Shown piece by piece: positions 1 to 9,689 of a stretch of 64,000 nucleotides of DNA. The stretch spans positions 86,706-150,705 of the forward strand of contig JAZUSQ010000021.1 in the NCBI GenBank assembly GCA_045606825.1, in the 5' to 3' direction. Numbering within the stretch: the stretch's first letter is position 1; each line of letters opens with the position of its first letter. Under the pieces are notes generated by a model that saw nothing but the letters and a program-made list of their open reading frames with translations, was not told the DNA's origin and did no database searches. Origin of the DNA: Elusimicrobiaceae bacterium (lineage in GTDB: Bacteria > Elusimicrobiota > Elusimicrobia > Elusimicrobiales > Elusimicrobiaceae). Position numbers and translations under genes: made by a program.

Positions 1-1511
1 CCCAAGGAATATAACGTGGCTTTTAGTTTTTCAGGTGCAATTTTAGGGCCCACCACAAATAAATTACCGTCCGCCGTTTTTAACAAAACCGCATTTTTGT
101 GCCATTCATCCAGCACATATATGTGCGTACCACGGTAGTAAAAGGCTTGCAGGGCCAGTGCCCCTACACTCACTAGCACCACCGGAATTACCCATTTTTT
201 GGCCAACCCTTTTAGGGGTATATTGAATAGCCAAAACAGGGCTGTATAATAAGCCACCAAACTGCCGGGTTTCCACGCCGTTACGGCAATGGACGATATA
301 GCAAACGAGGCAAAAAATTCTACAATCCACTTAAAAAGCAGTAACCCCGCATAAAGCGGGTAAAATACCACTTGCCCGGCATGCACCCAGGACAATGCGT
401 AATAAGCCGCGCTGAGCCCCAGCAACACCGAGGCCAATGGCACTAACAACATATTGGCCACCAGCCCCGTTAAAGAAACTTTATAAAATACATTGGTAAA
501 CACCGGTAGTAGCACCAGTTGCACGCAAAGCGTGGCCAAAAAGATTTGTGCAAAAAAGCGCACCAGCCGCGGCCAACGCATAGGAACCGGATAATTATTC
601 AAACAAATAATCAATGCCGCCGTAGCCAAGAAAGACATTTGAAACCCTGTTTCAAATAAACTGGCCGGGTTGATTAGTAAAATTATAAAACATGAAACCA
701 AAAGCCCTTGAAATACACCACTATTACGCCCCAAGTAATACCCGGTACACGCACACACTGCCATAAAATACGCCCGCACCAGCGGGGCATCCGCCCCTGC
801 CATAAGCGTGTATATCCCGGCCACCAGTAATGCCGCTACCAACGCCTTTTTACGCCGGATACGAAAAAGCCCGCACAGGGCCAACGTCATGAGGGTAACA
901 AAGCCCACGTTCCCGCCGGAGGCCACCAGCAAATGAATGGCCCCGCTATCTTGAAACGCCGTGTAAAGGGCCGGGTCTAAATCGCCGCGTTCCCCCAGCA
1001 AAATGCCGCCGGCTATGTGGGCTAAATCCGGCGGAAAACTGCGCTCAAATAAATGCAATATATCGGCCCGCACATCACGCAATACACGCCAAAACCAAGC
1101 GGCCGGTTTTAACACACGCGCACGCGAACTTTTTATTTCTGTAAAGATATGTTTGTAAGCCAAAAACTGACGCCAGTTAAAATTGCCGGGCAGGTTGGTA
1201 CTAAAGGGTTTTTGCAAGCGGCCGGAGATTTCCAGTTCGTCTTTCCAGGCAGGTTCAATGTCTGTCAAACGCGCGTACACATAGCCTGTGGCCGGTGCCC
1301 CATTTACAGTAGAAACTTTTACAATCACGTTGTTGGAAGTTGGCTTTTGGGTGTAGAAATTTTCCACCCGCCCGGTAAGTGTTACCTCTTTTTGCGGCAA
1401 GAAATGATAGACATCCGTTTCTGTAGGTACCGGCTTGTACCCTATACAAAGCCCGCCAATAAGCAACATGAGGGCTATTAAAAGCGGGCGTTTATAAATA
1501 TCCGGGTGCAT
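1..1511 (-). CDS. comEC: ComEC/Rec2 competence protein (runs off the window edge, 3' partial)
   Basis: Manual translation from ATG at 1511 (MHPDIYKRPLLIALMLL...) contains GILLGERGDLDPALYTAFQDSGAIHLLVASGGNVGF, the ComEC competence-domain signature. The frame is still open at position 1. Not in the ORF track. Confidence 0.85.
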   Translation of the reverse strand, partial: MHPDIYKRPLLIALMLLIGGLCIGYKPVPTETDVYHFLPQKEVTLTGRVENFYTQKPTSNNVIVKVSTVNGAPATGYVYARLTDIEPAWKDELEISGRLQKPFSTNLPGNFNWRQFLAYKHIFTEIKSSRARVLKPAAWFWRVLRDVRADILHLFERSFPPDLAHIAGGILLGERGDLDPALYTAFQDSGAIHLLVASGGNVGFVTLMTLALCGLFRIRRKKALVAALLVAGIYTLMAGADAPLVRAYFMAVCACTGYYLGRNSGVFQGLLVSCFIILLINPASLFETGFQMSFLATAALIICLNNYPVPMRWPRLVRFFAQIFLATLCVQLVLLPVFTNVFYKVSLTGLVANMLLVPLASVLLGLSAAYYALSWVHAGQVVFYPLYAGLLLFKWIVEFFASFAISSIAVTAWKPGSLVAYYTALFWLFNIPLKGLAKKWVIPVVLVSVGALALQAFYYRGTHIYVLDEWHKNAVLLKTADGNLFVVGPKIAPEKLKATLYSL

Positions 1512-1542
1512 AAGCGGGAAGAAAATTCGTACAGGGAAATGG

Positions 1543-2145
1543 CTAGAGTTTGGTGCGCCCCTTCAAGGAATATCCCAGGGTCATTTCGTCCATGTAATCC
1601 AAATCCCCGCCCAAAGGAACCCCATAGCCAATGCGGGTAATTTGCGGCACTAAACCGCGCAGTAAATCAGCCAAGTAAAGGGCGGTAGTTTCGCCTTCAC
1701 TATCCGGGTCAGTAGCCAGGATAATTTCCGTAATGGGCTTGGGGGCGTTTTGTACACGTGCCAACAGTTCACGTACTTTTACCTGTTCGGCCCCGCGCCC
1801 TTCTAAGGGGGAAATGGCCCCGTGCAAAACGTGATAGACCCCGTTGTAAAGTTTGGTTTTTTCCAGGGCTTCAATATCTTGCGGGTCTTCCACCACGCAA
1901 ATTTGGGTGGTATCCCGGTCCGGGTCTTGGCAGATCGGGCAAAGACCGTCTTCGCTATACGCAAAACAAATAGGGCAAAGCATAATGCCCTGTTTGGTTT
2001 GTGTAAGAGCCGTGATAAATTCTTCTACTTCCCCCTGGCTGGCGCGCAGAAAATAGGCGGCAAAACGCTCGGCTTGCCGGGGGCCGACCCCGGGCAGCCG
2101 TTTTAAGGCACGTACCAAACGATCCAAGCGTTTTAAATTAGGCAA
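1543..2145 (-). CDS. recR: Recombination mediator RecR
   Basis: LPGVGPRQAER HhH motif, C4 zinc finger (CPIC...CPIC), Toprim VVED and ATDPDSEGETTA. Confidence 0.97.
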   Translation of the reverse strand: MPNLKRLDRLVRALKRLPGVGPRQAERFAAYFLRASQGEVEEFITALTQTKQGIMLCPICFAYSEDGLCPICQDPDRDTTQICVVEDPQDIEALEKTKLYNGVYHVLHGAISPLEGRGAEQVKVRELLARVQNAPKPITEIILATDPDSEGETTALYLADLLRGLVPQITRIGYGVPLGGDLDYMDEMTLGYSLKGRTKL

Positions 2146-3922
2146 GCAGTTCCCCCGGGAACATCTCTAAAATATCTTTTACTTCTTGCGGCGCATCCGC
2201 CGGGACGGCAGACGGCGCAGTAGGTTCGGGCTGTAGGTTCGTTACAAAAGGCTCTTCATCCGAAATCAAATTGACCTTTGCCTGGGGGGCACGTTTGGTA
2301 GGGTGATCCGTTCCCTGGGAGGTTGCCGCGGCAGGTTTGGCCAGGGCAGGGTCTTCTGCCAAAACTAATGTTACCTTGCGCCCGGCAAATTCCGACGCGG
2401 CAGCCGATAATTCAGCCAATTTGTGCTGGGCCGGAATTTGATAAAATTCTTTGCCTTTGGCAAAAACCAACGTCCAGGTATCTTCTGAGGTAAACGAAAC
2501 ACTACAGTTGGTCATGACATCATAAACAAACGGGCTGGACGCAAATTTGGACAACATTTTATCCCATACCTGGCGGTTGGAGATGGCTTTATCCAAGGCA
2601 GACATGCGCGGGGTGGCAGTCTGCGGGACTACTGCCGGCTGAACCGGTAGTGGGGAGGATTTTTCTACAGGGGTTGCCGCCATTTGCCCAGGCTTTGATT
2701 GGGCTGTTTTGGGAGTTGCGGCCGGTTGGACAACGGCCTTGCGGACAGGCGGCACATTCGGGGTGGATGGCGGTAAAGCAACCCCGCTTTCTAATGCTTC
2801 CAAGCGGCGGATAAATTGGGCTACATCCAGCACGTTATCCATAATGGTAAACAAACCAACCTCGGCACTAATCAGTGCGTTATCGGCAAATTTTACCTCG
2901 TCAATCAGTTTGCCTAACTTGCGGGTTAAGCGGGCTAAAAACCCAGTGGAAATGCCGGATAACACCTCACTCGCCCCGGCAAACGGTTCCACCCCTTGCC
3001 CCAAGGAAAAATAAAACAAATCGCTCAGTGTATTTTTTAGATCTTTCAAGAATGTGTTGGCATCAAAACCTTCCGCCTGCAAGGTTTGAAAAACCTGGTG
3101 CATTTGTGCATTATCTTTATGGCACAGAGCCCCAATGGCATCTTTAACCAGTTCTTCTGGCGTAAGGCCCAACATATCGGACACTGTCTTTTCATCCACG
3201 TGATTACCGGCATAAGCAATAGCACGGTCCAGCAACGTAAGTCCGTCGCGCATGGCACCGCCTGCATTTTTGGCAATAATTTTGGCGGCGGCGGGTGTTA
3301 AATCAATCCCCTCTGCTTCAGCCAGTTCCACCAGATGCGTGCTGATTTCTTCCACCGTTAATGGGCGGAAACGAAAGGTTTGGCAACGGCTGACAATCGT
3401 GGCAGGTACTTTGTGTTTCTCGGTAGTGGCTAAAATAAATACCACATGGGCCGGGGGTTCTTCAATGGTTTTTAAAAGTGCATTGAATGAACTGGCAGAA
3501 AGCATGTGTACTTCGTCTAAAATAAATACTTTAAAACGGTCGCGCGTGGCGGCAAGGGCCACCGTATCAATAATGGCCTCACGCACTTTTTCTACTTGGG
3601 TATTGCTGGCCGCATCCAGTTCTAATACATCCAAATCTGCACTTTGGGCAATTTCTAAACATTGCGGGCATTTGCCGCACGGCTCAGCGGTGGGCTGATT
3701 GCCCTCATGCCCCGTACAGTTTAAGGCTTTGGCTAAAATGCGGGCTGTGGTGGTTTTACCGCAACCGCGCGGTCCATAAAACAAATACGCATGCCCAATG
3801 CGCCCTAACTTAAGGGCATTTTGCAGTGTTTTGGAAATGCTTTCCTGCCCTACCATATCCCCAAAAGTTTGGGGGCGGTATTTGTTGGCAAGGCTTACGT
3901 ATGGAGCGGATGATTGTTGCAT
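2138..3922 (-). CDS. dnaX: DNA polymerase III subunit gamma/tau
   Basis: LANKYRPQTF, GPRGCGKTT Walker A, LDEVHMLS, SRCQ; Pro/Ala-rich linker and tau C-terminal region. Confidence 0.97.
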   Translation of the reverse strand: MQQSSAPYVSLANKYRPQTFGDMVGQESISKTLQNALKLGRIGHAYLFYGPRGCGKTTTARILAKALNCTGHEGNQPTAEPCGKCPQCLEIAQSADLDVLELDAASNTQVEKVREAIIDTVALAATRDRFKVFILDEVHMLSASSFNALLKTIEEPPAHVVFILATTEKHKVPATIVSRCQTFRFRPLTVEEISTHLVELAEAEGIDLTPAAAKIIAKNAGGAMRDGLTLLDRAIAYAGNHVDEKTVSDMLGLTPEELVKDAIGALCHKDNAQMHQVFQTLQAEGFDANTFLKDLKNTLSDLFYFSLGQGVEPFAGASEVLSGISTGFLARLTRKLGKLIDEVKFADNALISAEVGLFTIMDNVLDVAQFIRRLEALESGVALPPSTPNVPPVRKAVVQPAATPKTAQSKPGQMAATPVEKSSPLPVQPAVVPQTATPRMSALDKAISNRQVWDKMLSKFASSPFVYDVMTNCSVSFTSEDTWTLVFAKGKEFYQIPAQHKLAELSAAASEFAGRKVTLVLAEDPALAKPAAATSQGTDHPTKRAPQAKVNLISDEEPFVTNLQPEPTAPSAVPADAPQEVKDILEMFPGELLA

Positions 3923-3924
3923 AA

Positions 3925-4365
3925 TTAACCTCTAAATTGTTGTTCGGCGCGGCGGCGTGCGTGCACAAAATCTAAACTAATACGGCCCGGCCCCAGCAGA
4001 GCACCCGGTAAAAGAGCCGCTACTAATAACACCAGCAAGGCTACATATAGTTTATTAAAATTGGAAGCAAAAAACACAATTGCTAAGAAAGCAGTGCTTA
4101 ATATGAGTAGCCCCGATACCCACCGCGTGTACCAGCCCAGCACCAAAAGCAACGATAAAATCAGTTCCACAATTATAATCCCCATTCCAATGTGCAGGGG
4201 CATAGGCAACCCAATAACCGTAGCGTTATATAAAAACTCCCGGTAATACAACAAACACCCCAGGCAAACGTATATGAGCGTAACGGCGGTTAAAAAACGG
4301 GTCAAAAAAACAGTCCACGAGAAGAAAGTTTCATCTATATTACAACGTAACGTTGGTGTTGGCAT
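3925..4365 (-). CDS. DoxX-like membrane protein
   Basis: Four hydrophobic segments with LLVLGWYTRW and GPGRISLD motifs typical of the DoxX family. Confidence 0.7.
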   Translation of the reverse strand: MPTPTLRCNIDETFFSWTVFLTRFLTAVTLIYVCLGCLLYYREFLYNATVIGLPMPLHIGMGIIIVELILSLLLVLGWYTRWVSGLLILSTAFLAIVFFASNFNKLYVALLVLLVAALLPGALLGPGRISLDFVHARRRAEQQFRG

Positions 4366-4374
4366 AACAACTCC

Positions 4375-5229
4375 TTATAAAGGGGCTTCTACCGCTAATG
4401 AAAAAAAAGTTTGGCGGCTATTATCGTGCCGCGGTTCCAAAATTTCCACCCCGCCGGTTACATCCACTCCCCATACACGCACATGTAACCCAGCAGTAAC
4501 GGCCGTTGATACAGCGCGTGCCCATTCATAGTGAAAGCGAACTAAGGCCACATACGGGGTAACTACATGGGTCTGGTAACTAATCTTGGCGCCCATACTG
4601 TCTTTTAAATAGCCGTTTAAAACGGCCGTCATATATGGCAAATCGGCCCAATTAAAGGTAACATTGGCCGGCACCCGGCTACTATATTTTAACACTTTCC
4701 GCCAGGTTGCTTGCAAGTGCCAGCGGCGGGCCAAGTCCGCCGTGGCATTTAATTCAGTCCAGGTGCTTACTTGCCGCAAGGCACCACCTGGCAAATCATG
4801 GCCGGATATATCCACGTAACTGCGATTACGGCTTTGCCCTGCTTTAAGTTGAAAAACAGGATACTTAAATCCACCCCAATAATGAAAAGGTTTAAGTTGC
4901 AAACCGCTTTCGTAACCAGTGCCTTCATGCCCCAACGTCTGCGGTTGCAAATAAGCCCCCGCCAACCAGGCAATGCTATCGGTTAATTCGTATAGTGCCT
5001 CCAGATTATAACGTGAGGTAGACCCATTTTCATCGGGCTTATCATCAGAAGTGCGGTAATAACCAAATTGCGGGATTAAAATCCAACCGTTGTCCAAATC
5101 GGCCGTGTATTGGGCACGCATGGCCGCGTAACCATATTTTCCGCTAACACTTGCAAAACGCAACTGCCCGTAGCATAAAGCACACGGGCAGAGCAGTAAT
5201 AAACTTACAAGTGCGGTTTTTAAACGCAT
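4375..5229 (-). CDS. Hypothetical exported protein, possible outer-membrane beta-barrel
   Basis: Signal peptide, alternating aromatic/polar beta-strand pattern, terminal ...FFSLAVEAPL. Confidence 0.5.
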   Translation of the reverse strand: MRLKTALVSLLLLCPCALCYGQLRFASVSGKYGYAAMRAQYTADLDNGWILIPQFGYYRTSDDKPDENGSTSRYNLEALYELTDSIAWLAGAYLQPQTLGHEGTGYESGLQLKPFHYWGGFKYPVFQLKAGQSRNRSYVDISGHDLPGGALRQVSTWTELNATADLARRWHLQATWRKVLKYSSRVPANVTFNWADLPYMTAVLNGYLKDSMGAKISYQTHVVTPYVALVRFHYEWARAVSTAVTAGLHVRVWGVDVTGGVEILEPRHDNSRQTFFSLAVEAPL

Positions 5230-6302
5230 TATTTCTTTTTGGCAGTTTTGGCCTTTGCCGCTTTGGCATCTTCTTCTTGCAAGAATTTAACGTAGTTGGT
5301 GGCTTTACGTTTTTTCCAGGCCCCTTTGTGATAACCGTAACCAATGATAAGCGGAATGAGTGTGGTGCATTCCCCATATACCATCTGCTCCAGTGCGGTA
5401 GAGACTTTTCCCCAACTGGACGCTTCCTTTAAGGTAGATCCGGACAAGGCCCCGTCACGCACGTCCGCCACGGTAATTTGCACCGCATATTTGTGCATGG
5501 GGATTTCGGCCCCTAAGGCTTCGGCGGCCACTACGGTATCTTGGGCGAAGTTTTTCGGCACCCCGCCGGACCACATCATCAGCCCGGTTTCTTTGGCTTT
5601 CATTTTAATTTTGGTTAGTTCCAAGAAATCTTTGGCACTGTCAATGGAGATGTGGGCACCTGGGTTTTCTGCCTGGTGCATCACAAAACCAAACCCGGCA
5701 GAGCAGTCGCTAAACGCGGGTACAAATACCGGCACGCCGTACTTGTAGGCATTATAAACAACAGAGTCCTTGCCTTTGCCTTTTTTCTCCAACCATTTCC
5801 CCATTTCCCAAATAAACTCGCGCGAAGAATAGGGGCGCGGCTCTAAAGCGTTGCAGATTTTATAAATCGTTTCGTCGCATACTTTGAGTTGGTCTTCGTC
5901 AATATACGTATCGTAAATGCGGTCAATGTGCAAATCGCGCAGTAAATTATCGTCTTGGTTGTAGGGGGTACCAATATAATGTTTAAAACCCAAGGCTTCA
6001 AAGAAATCTTGGTCCACAATGTTGGCCCCGTTGGAAACAATGGCATCTACCATGTGGTTTTGGATCATATCCACAATGATTTTTTTCATCCCGGCGGAAA
6101 TTAACGAACCGGCAATACACAAAATGACAGAGCAGTTTTTGTCATTTAGCATCATGTTGTAGATTTTGCTGGCCCGGGCAACCTCGCGTGATGCATAGGC
6201 CATATTCTCAAATGCTTCCACCATGGGAACCACATTGTATTTTTTCATATCAATGTGTTTGATTGTGTTTTTGAGAAAGTCTTTTTTGGTTAATTTTGCC
6301 AT
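5229..6302 (-). CDS. Deoxyhypusine synthase-like protein (probable homospermidine synthase)
   Basis: GSLISAG, GGVPKNF and DGALSGSTLKEASSWGKV (catalytic Lys region) motifs of the DHS family. Confidence 0.88.
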   Translation of the reverse strand: MAKLTKKDFLKNTIKHIDMKKYNVVPMVEAFENMAYASREVARASKIYNMMLNDKNCSVILCIAGSLISAGMKKIIVDMIQNHMVDAIVSNGANIVDQDFFEALGFKHYIGTPYNQDDNLLRDLHIDRIYDTYIDEDQLKVCDETIYKICNALEPRPYSSREFIWEMGKWLEKKGKGKDSVVYNAYKYGVPVFVPAFSDCSAGFGFVMHQAENPGAHISIDSAKDFLELTKIKMKAKETGLMMWSGGVPKNFAQDTVVAAEALGAEIPMHKYAVQITVADVRDGALSGSTLKEASSWGKVSTALEQMVYGECTTLIPLIIGYGYHKGAWKKRKATNYVKFLQEEDAKAAKAKTAKKK

Positions 6303-6407
6303 TTGTTGTTCACCTCGTACTAGATTTTTGCACTGCTATTTAGTAAATTATATGAAATAACAACGTAAAATTAAATAAAAATTTTTAATTTTTTAGGAGG
6401 TTTTCCC

Positions 6408-7655
6408 ATGTATCCCAACTTGCAACAAACTGACCCGGAAATTTTTGCCGCTATTTCTAAAGAATTATCCCGCCAGCGCGAAAAACTGGAACTCATCGCC
6501 TCTGAAAATTTTACCTCGCTTGCCGTCATGCAGGCGCAAGGTTCTGTTTTAACCAACAAATACGCAGAAGGCTACCCCGGCAAACGCTACTATGGCGGAT
6601 GTGAATTTGTGGACCAAGTAGAAACATTGGCCATTGAACGTGCCAAAAAACTCTTTGGGGCACAGCACGCCAACGTGCAACCCCACTCCGGCGCACAAGC
6701 CAATATGGCGGTGTATTTTGCTTTACTAAAACCCGGGGACACCGTACTGGGGCTAAACCTCTCCCACGGCGGACACTTAACGCACGGGCATCCGCTTAAC
6801 TTTTCGGGCAAACTCTATAACATGATTGCCATGAACGTCCGCCCCGATACTGAAGAAATTGATTACGAAGAGGCCGCCAAACTGGCTAAAGAACATCAGC
6901 CCAAACTCATTCTGGCGGGGGCTTCCAACTATTCCCGCATTTTTGACTGGAAAAAACTGCGCGAAATTGCCGATAGTTGCGGTGCGTATTTAGCCTGTGA
7001 TATTGCCCACTATGCGGGTTTAGTAGCGGCAGGGGAATACCCTAGCCCGGTACCCTATGCGGACGTAGTTACCACCACCACCCACAAAACATTACGCGGC
7101 CCGCGCGGCGGCTTAATTTTATGCAAAGAAAGTTTAGCCAAAGCCATTAACTCGGCCGTGTTCCCCGGCGCGCAGGGGGGACCTTTAATGCATGTCATTG
7201 CCGGTAAAGCCGTTTGTTTTGGTGAGGCGTTAAAACCGCAGTTTAAAACCTATCAACATCAAATTAAACTAAACGCGCAGGCACTCGCCGAAGAACTTAA
7301 AAAACGCGGGTACCGTTTAGTAGCGGGCGGCACGGATTGCCACGTGATGTGCGTAGATTTACGTAATAAAAAAATGACGGGCAAAGTGGCCGAAGCCGCC
7401 TTGGATAAAGCCGGTATTACCGCCAACAAAAACACGATTCCTTTTGACCCGGAAAAACCGTTTGTTACCAGCGGCCTACGCATTGGAACCCCTGCCATTA
7501 CTACGCGCGGGATGAAAGAGGCGGACATGGCCCAAGTAGCCGCATTTATTGACGACGCGCTAACGCACCATGAGGACGATGCCTACTTGGCCAATATAGC
7601 CGCGAAAGTGAAGGAATTTTTACAAAAATTCCCGCTGTATGCGGAATTGAACTAA
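6408..7655 (+). CDS. glyA: Serine hydroxymethyltransferase
   Basis: [39 protein letters not shown]-lysine motif. Confidence 0.98.
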   Translation: MYPNLQQTDPEIFAAISKELSRQREKLELIASENFTSLAVMQAQGSVLTNKYAEGYPGKRYYGGCEFVDQVETLAIERAKKLFGAQHANVQPHSGAQANMAVYFALLKPGDTVLGLNLSHGGHLTHGHPLNFSGKLYNMIAMNVRPDTEEIDYEEAAKLAKEHQPKLILAGASNYSRIFDWKKLREIADSCGAYLACDIAHYAGLVAAGEYPSPVPYADVVTTTTHKTLRGPRGGLILCKESLAKAINSAVFPGAQGGPLMHVIAGKAVCFGEALKPQFKTYQHQIKLNAQALAEELKKRGYRLVAGGTDCHVMCVDLRNKKMTGKVAEAALDKAGITANKNTIPFDPEKPFVTSGLRIGTPAITTRGMKEADMAQVAAFIDDALTHHEDDAYLANIAAKVKEFLQKFPLYAELN

Positions 7656-7656
7656 A

Positions 7657-7689
7657 CAAAAATGCCCGGTGTTTTACCGGGCGTTTTTG
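7657..7689. terminator. Bidirectional intrinsic terminator between glyA and a convergent pilin gene
   Basis: aaaaaTGCCCGG-tgtttta-CCGGGCGttttt hairpin with A and T tracts. Confidence 0.7.
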
Positions 7690-7697
7690 TGAAGTGT

Positions 7698-8342
7698 TTA
7701 ATAATTATATACCAAGAAAGAAGTCCCTGTTTCATCCGCTTCACTCTTTCCGGTTTCAAGTTTACACAAGCGGGCTCCCCTAGAATTGGTGTTTGTACTA
7801 GCACCTAAGACACATTTATGTTTTCCAGGATCTCCTTTTTTTCTATGTATGGTATTTATTTGATACATTAACCCCTCACTTCCTTTTGGACAATAACAAC
7901 CAGATTGTTCGGTCCCTGCAAAACAAGAAACAGAGTTACCATCAACCTCCACTTCCAAATCCGCAATATTATTGGCATAGTATCCGTTGGCTAAATAATA
8001 TACTTCTTGCGCCTGAGCTATAGCTTTGGCTGCCATTTTCGCTTGCGTAAAACGGCTCTTCAGTACAGCCATTTGATACTGCGGCAACGCCACCGCCGCC
8101 AAAATGCCAATGATGAGAACAACGACCAACAGTTCAATGAGGGTAAACCCGCCGGTATTTAATAAGCCCGTCATCCCGTATTTGATACGGGATCTCACTT
8201 TAGACAATAAAAAGCGGTGAGATTCCAAGACCCCGTACAAAAACATTACGGGGCGGGGCCAAAGGTAATGCCCCGATTTGGAATGACAATTTTTATTTAT
8301 TACTAGGTGCGTATTACCCCGCCGGGTATTTTGGTTGTTCAT
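7698..8342 (-). CDS. Type IV pilin (PilE-like) #1, with extended leader peptide
   Basis: [26 protein letters not shown]-methylation motif and Cys-rich C-terminus; about 60 extra residues before G|F. Confidence 0.92.
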   Translation of the reverse strand: MNNQNTRRGNTHLVINKNCHSKSGHYLWPRPVMFLYGVLESHRFLLSKVRSRIKYGMTGLLNTGGFTLIELLVVVLIIGILAAVALPQYQMAVLKSRFTQAKMAAKAIAQAQEVYYLANGYYANNIADLEVEVDGNSVSCFAGTEQSGCYCPKGSEGLMYQINTIHRKKGDPGKHKCVLGASTNTNSRGARLCKLETGKSEADETGTSFLVYNY

Positions 8343-8612
8343 ACGTTTTCCTCACTCTCTTAAATTCAATTTGTCCGTTTGGAAAACGCACCCATAAAAC
8401 AACGGCTGCATAGCCCCATGAATTATCACACCCATGAAACACAAACAGCCGCAGCTCTCCGCAAAACGGAAAACATTTGGCGCAAGATAAACGGGTAATT
8501 AGTCCGTTTCCCTTGCACCCGATTGGGTTGTTTCTGGAGTGATAATTGTTGCCCTTGGCAACGGTGCCTTTCGGCTTCCAAAAACAGATTAAATTGTATC
8601 TATAGTATAATA
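8343..8612 (-). ncRNA. Conserved structured pilin 5' leader, copy L1
   Basis: TTATTATACTATAGATACAATTTAATCTGTTTTTGGAAGCC...CGGCTGTT...CAGCCGTT...AAATTG...GAGG..ACGTATG blocks shared with eight other copies. Confidence 0.7.
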
Positions 8613-8742
8613 AAAAAATCCGTTTGCGACAAGAAGAAACACAGCAAACCCTGGCCTTTTAAACTGAATTGGTAAAATTTTATAGAATTAAGGTTGTTAG
8701 ATAACATTGCAATATATTTATGGGATATGGGGTTATATACGT

Positions 8743-9588
8743 ATGAAAAAACTAATGCTAGCCGTTTGTTTGTTGGCCCCTATGGGGGCCTATGCCGCCC
8801 AGCCGGCCGCTACTGTGGCTGTGCTGGCTTACTCGGCAGATGAACTGGCCGCCAAATTTGCAGGCAAGAACCGCAAAGAGATAGTGGCCGCCATTACCAC
8901 CATCCCCGTGTATGAACAAACTTTTACCGCCGCGGACGGCACCGAATACGAGGCCGTGCGTTACGGCAAAACCAACCAGGACTACCGCTTATTTTTGTAT
9001 AAGTTTGCCTGGCCGCAACCGCTGGTAGGGGTGGTTGAGAATGCCAAAGGGATTTTGGCTCTCAATGCACGTTATCAGATTGACATCCCGCTGACCGAGC
9101 AAGACATTGCCAAAAACACATCCGCCGCCACGCTAAGCACCGTTACCGACGTAGGCAACAACCGTACCTATAACGTTTATCAAAATGGTAGTGAGTTCTT
9201 GCTCTTTCATAACGGTGTGTTGGTGCAACAGTTTGACAACGCGCAAGATTATGCCGCTTTTATGGCTACGCTAACCGCCTCTAATTCCGCCTATACGGCC
9301 GAGCAAGCCCAAGAGCAAACCGCGCTGGAAAATGCCCGGCTCAACCAACAAAAAAACTATTATACGCGCCCGCGCTCTTATTGGGCCCCGGTGGTAGGCA
9401 CGGCTTTATTGGGTGGACTGGTATGGGGGAGCGTGTATCATCATAATCACCACCGCCACCGCCATCATGCGGCCCCGCCCCCGGCACCGCACCACCGCCC
9501 CGGGCATTTAAAACCGTTGCGGCCCGGCGGACCGCCGCCCGGTACCCCTCTCATACGTGACGTAAACGGCAGATTTATGCACCGCTAA
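8743..9588 (+). CDS. Hypothetical exported protein with His/Pro-rich C-terminal tail
   Basis: Signal peptide MKKLMLAVCLLAPMGAYA (ATG 8743 preferred over the track start 8707); tail HHNHHRHRHHAAPPPAPHHRPG. Confidence 0.7.
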   Translation: MKKLMLAVCLLAPMGAYAAQPAATVAVLAYSADELAAKFAGKNRKEIVAAITTIPVYEQTFTAADGTEYEAVRYGKTNQDYRLFLYKFAWPQPLVGVVENAKGILALNARYQIDIPLTEQDIAKNTSAATLSTVTDVGNNRTYNVYQNGSEFLLFHNGVLVQQFDNAQDYAAFMATLTASNSAYTAEQAQEQTALENARLNQQKNYYTRPRSYWAPVVGTALLGGLVWGSVYHHNHHRHRHHAAPPPAPHHRPGHLKPLRPGGPPPGTPLIRDVNGRFMHR

Positions 9589-9689
9589 AACTTAATGAAC
9601 TTCCCCCGGCTTACGCCGGGGAAATTGTGCACAACAAGATTAAAAAGCCCCAACAAATTGTTAGGGCTTTTTAATTTTTAAAACTACAT

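Noticed and set aside
8601-8612. TATAAT on the strand opposite the pilin leader as an outward promoter
   Set aside because: In several copies (15101, 22945, 36620) it would fire antisense into the 3' end of a convergent gene. TATACT facing the pilin is the simpler reading, though neither is tested.
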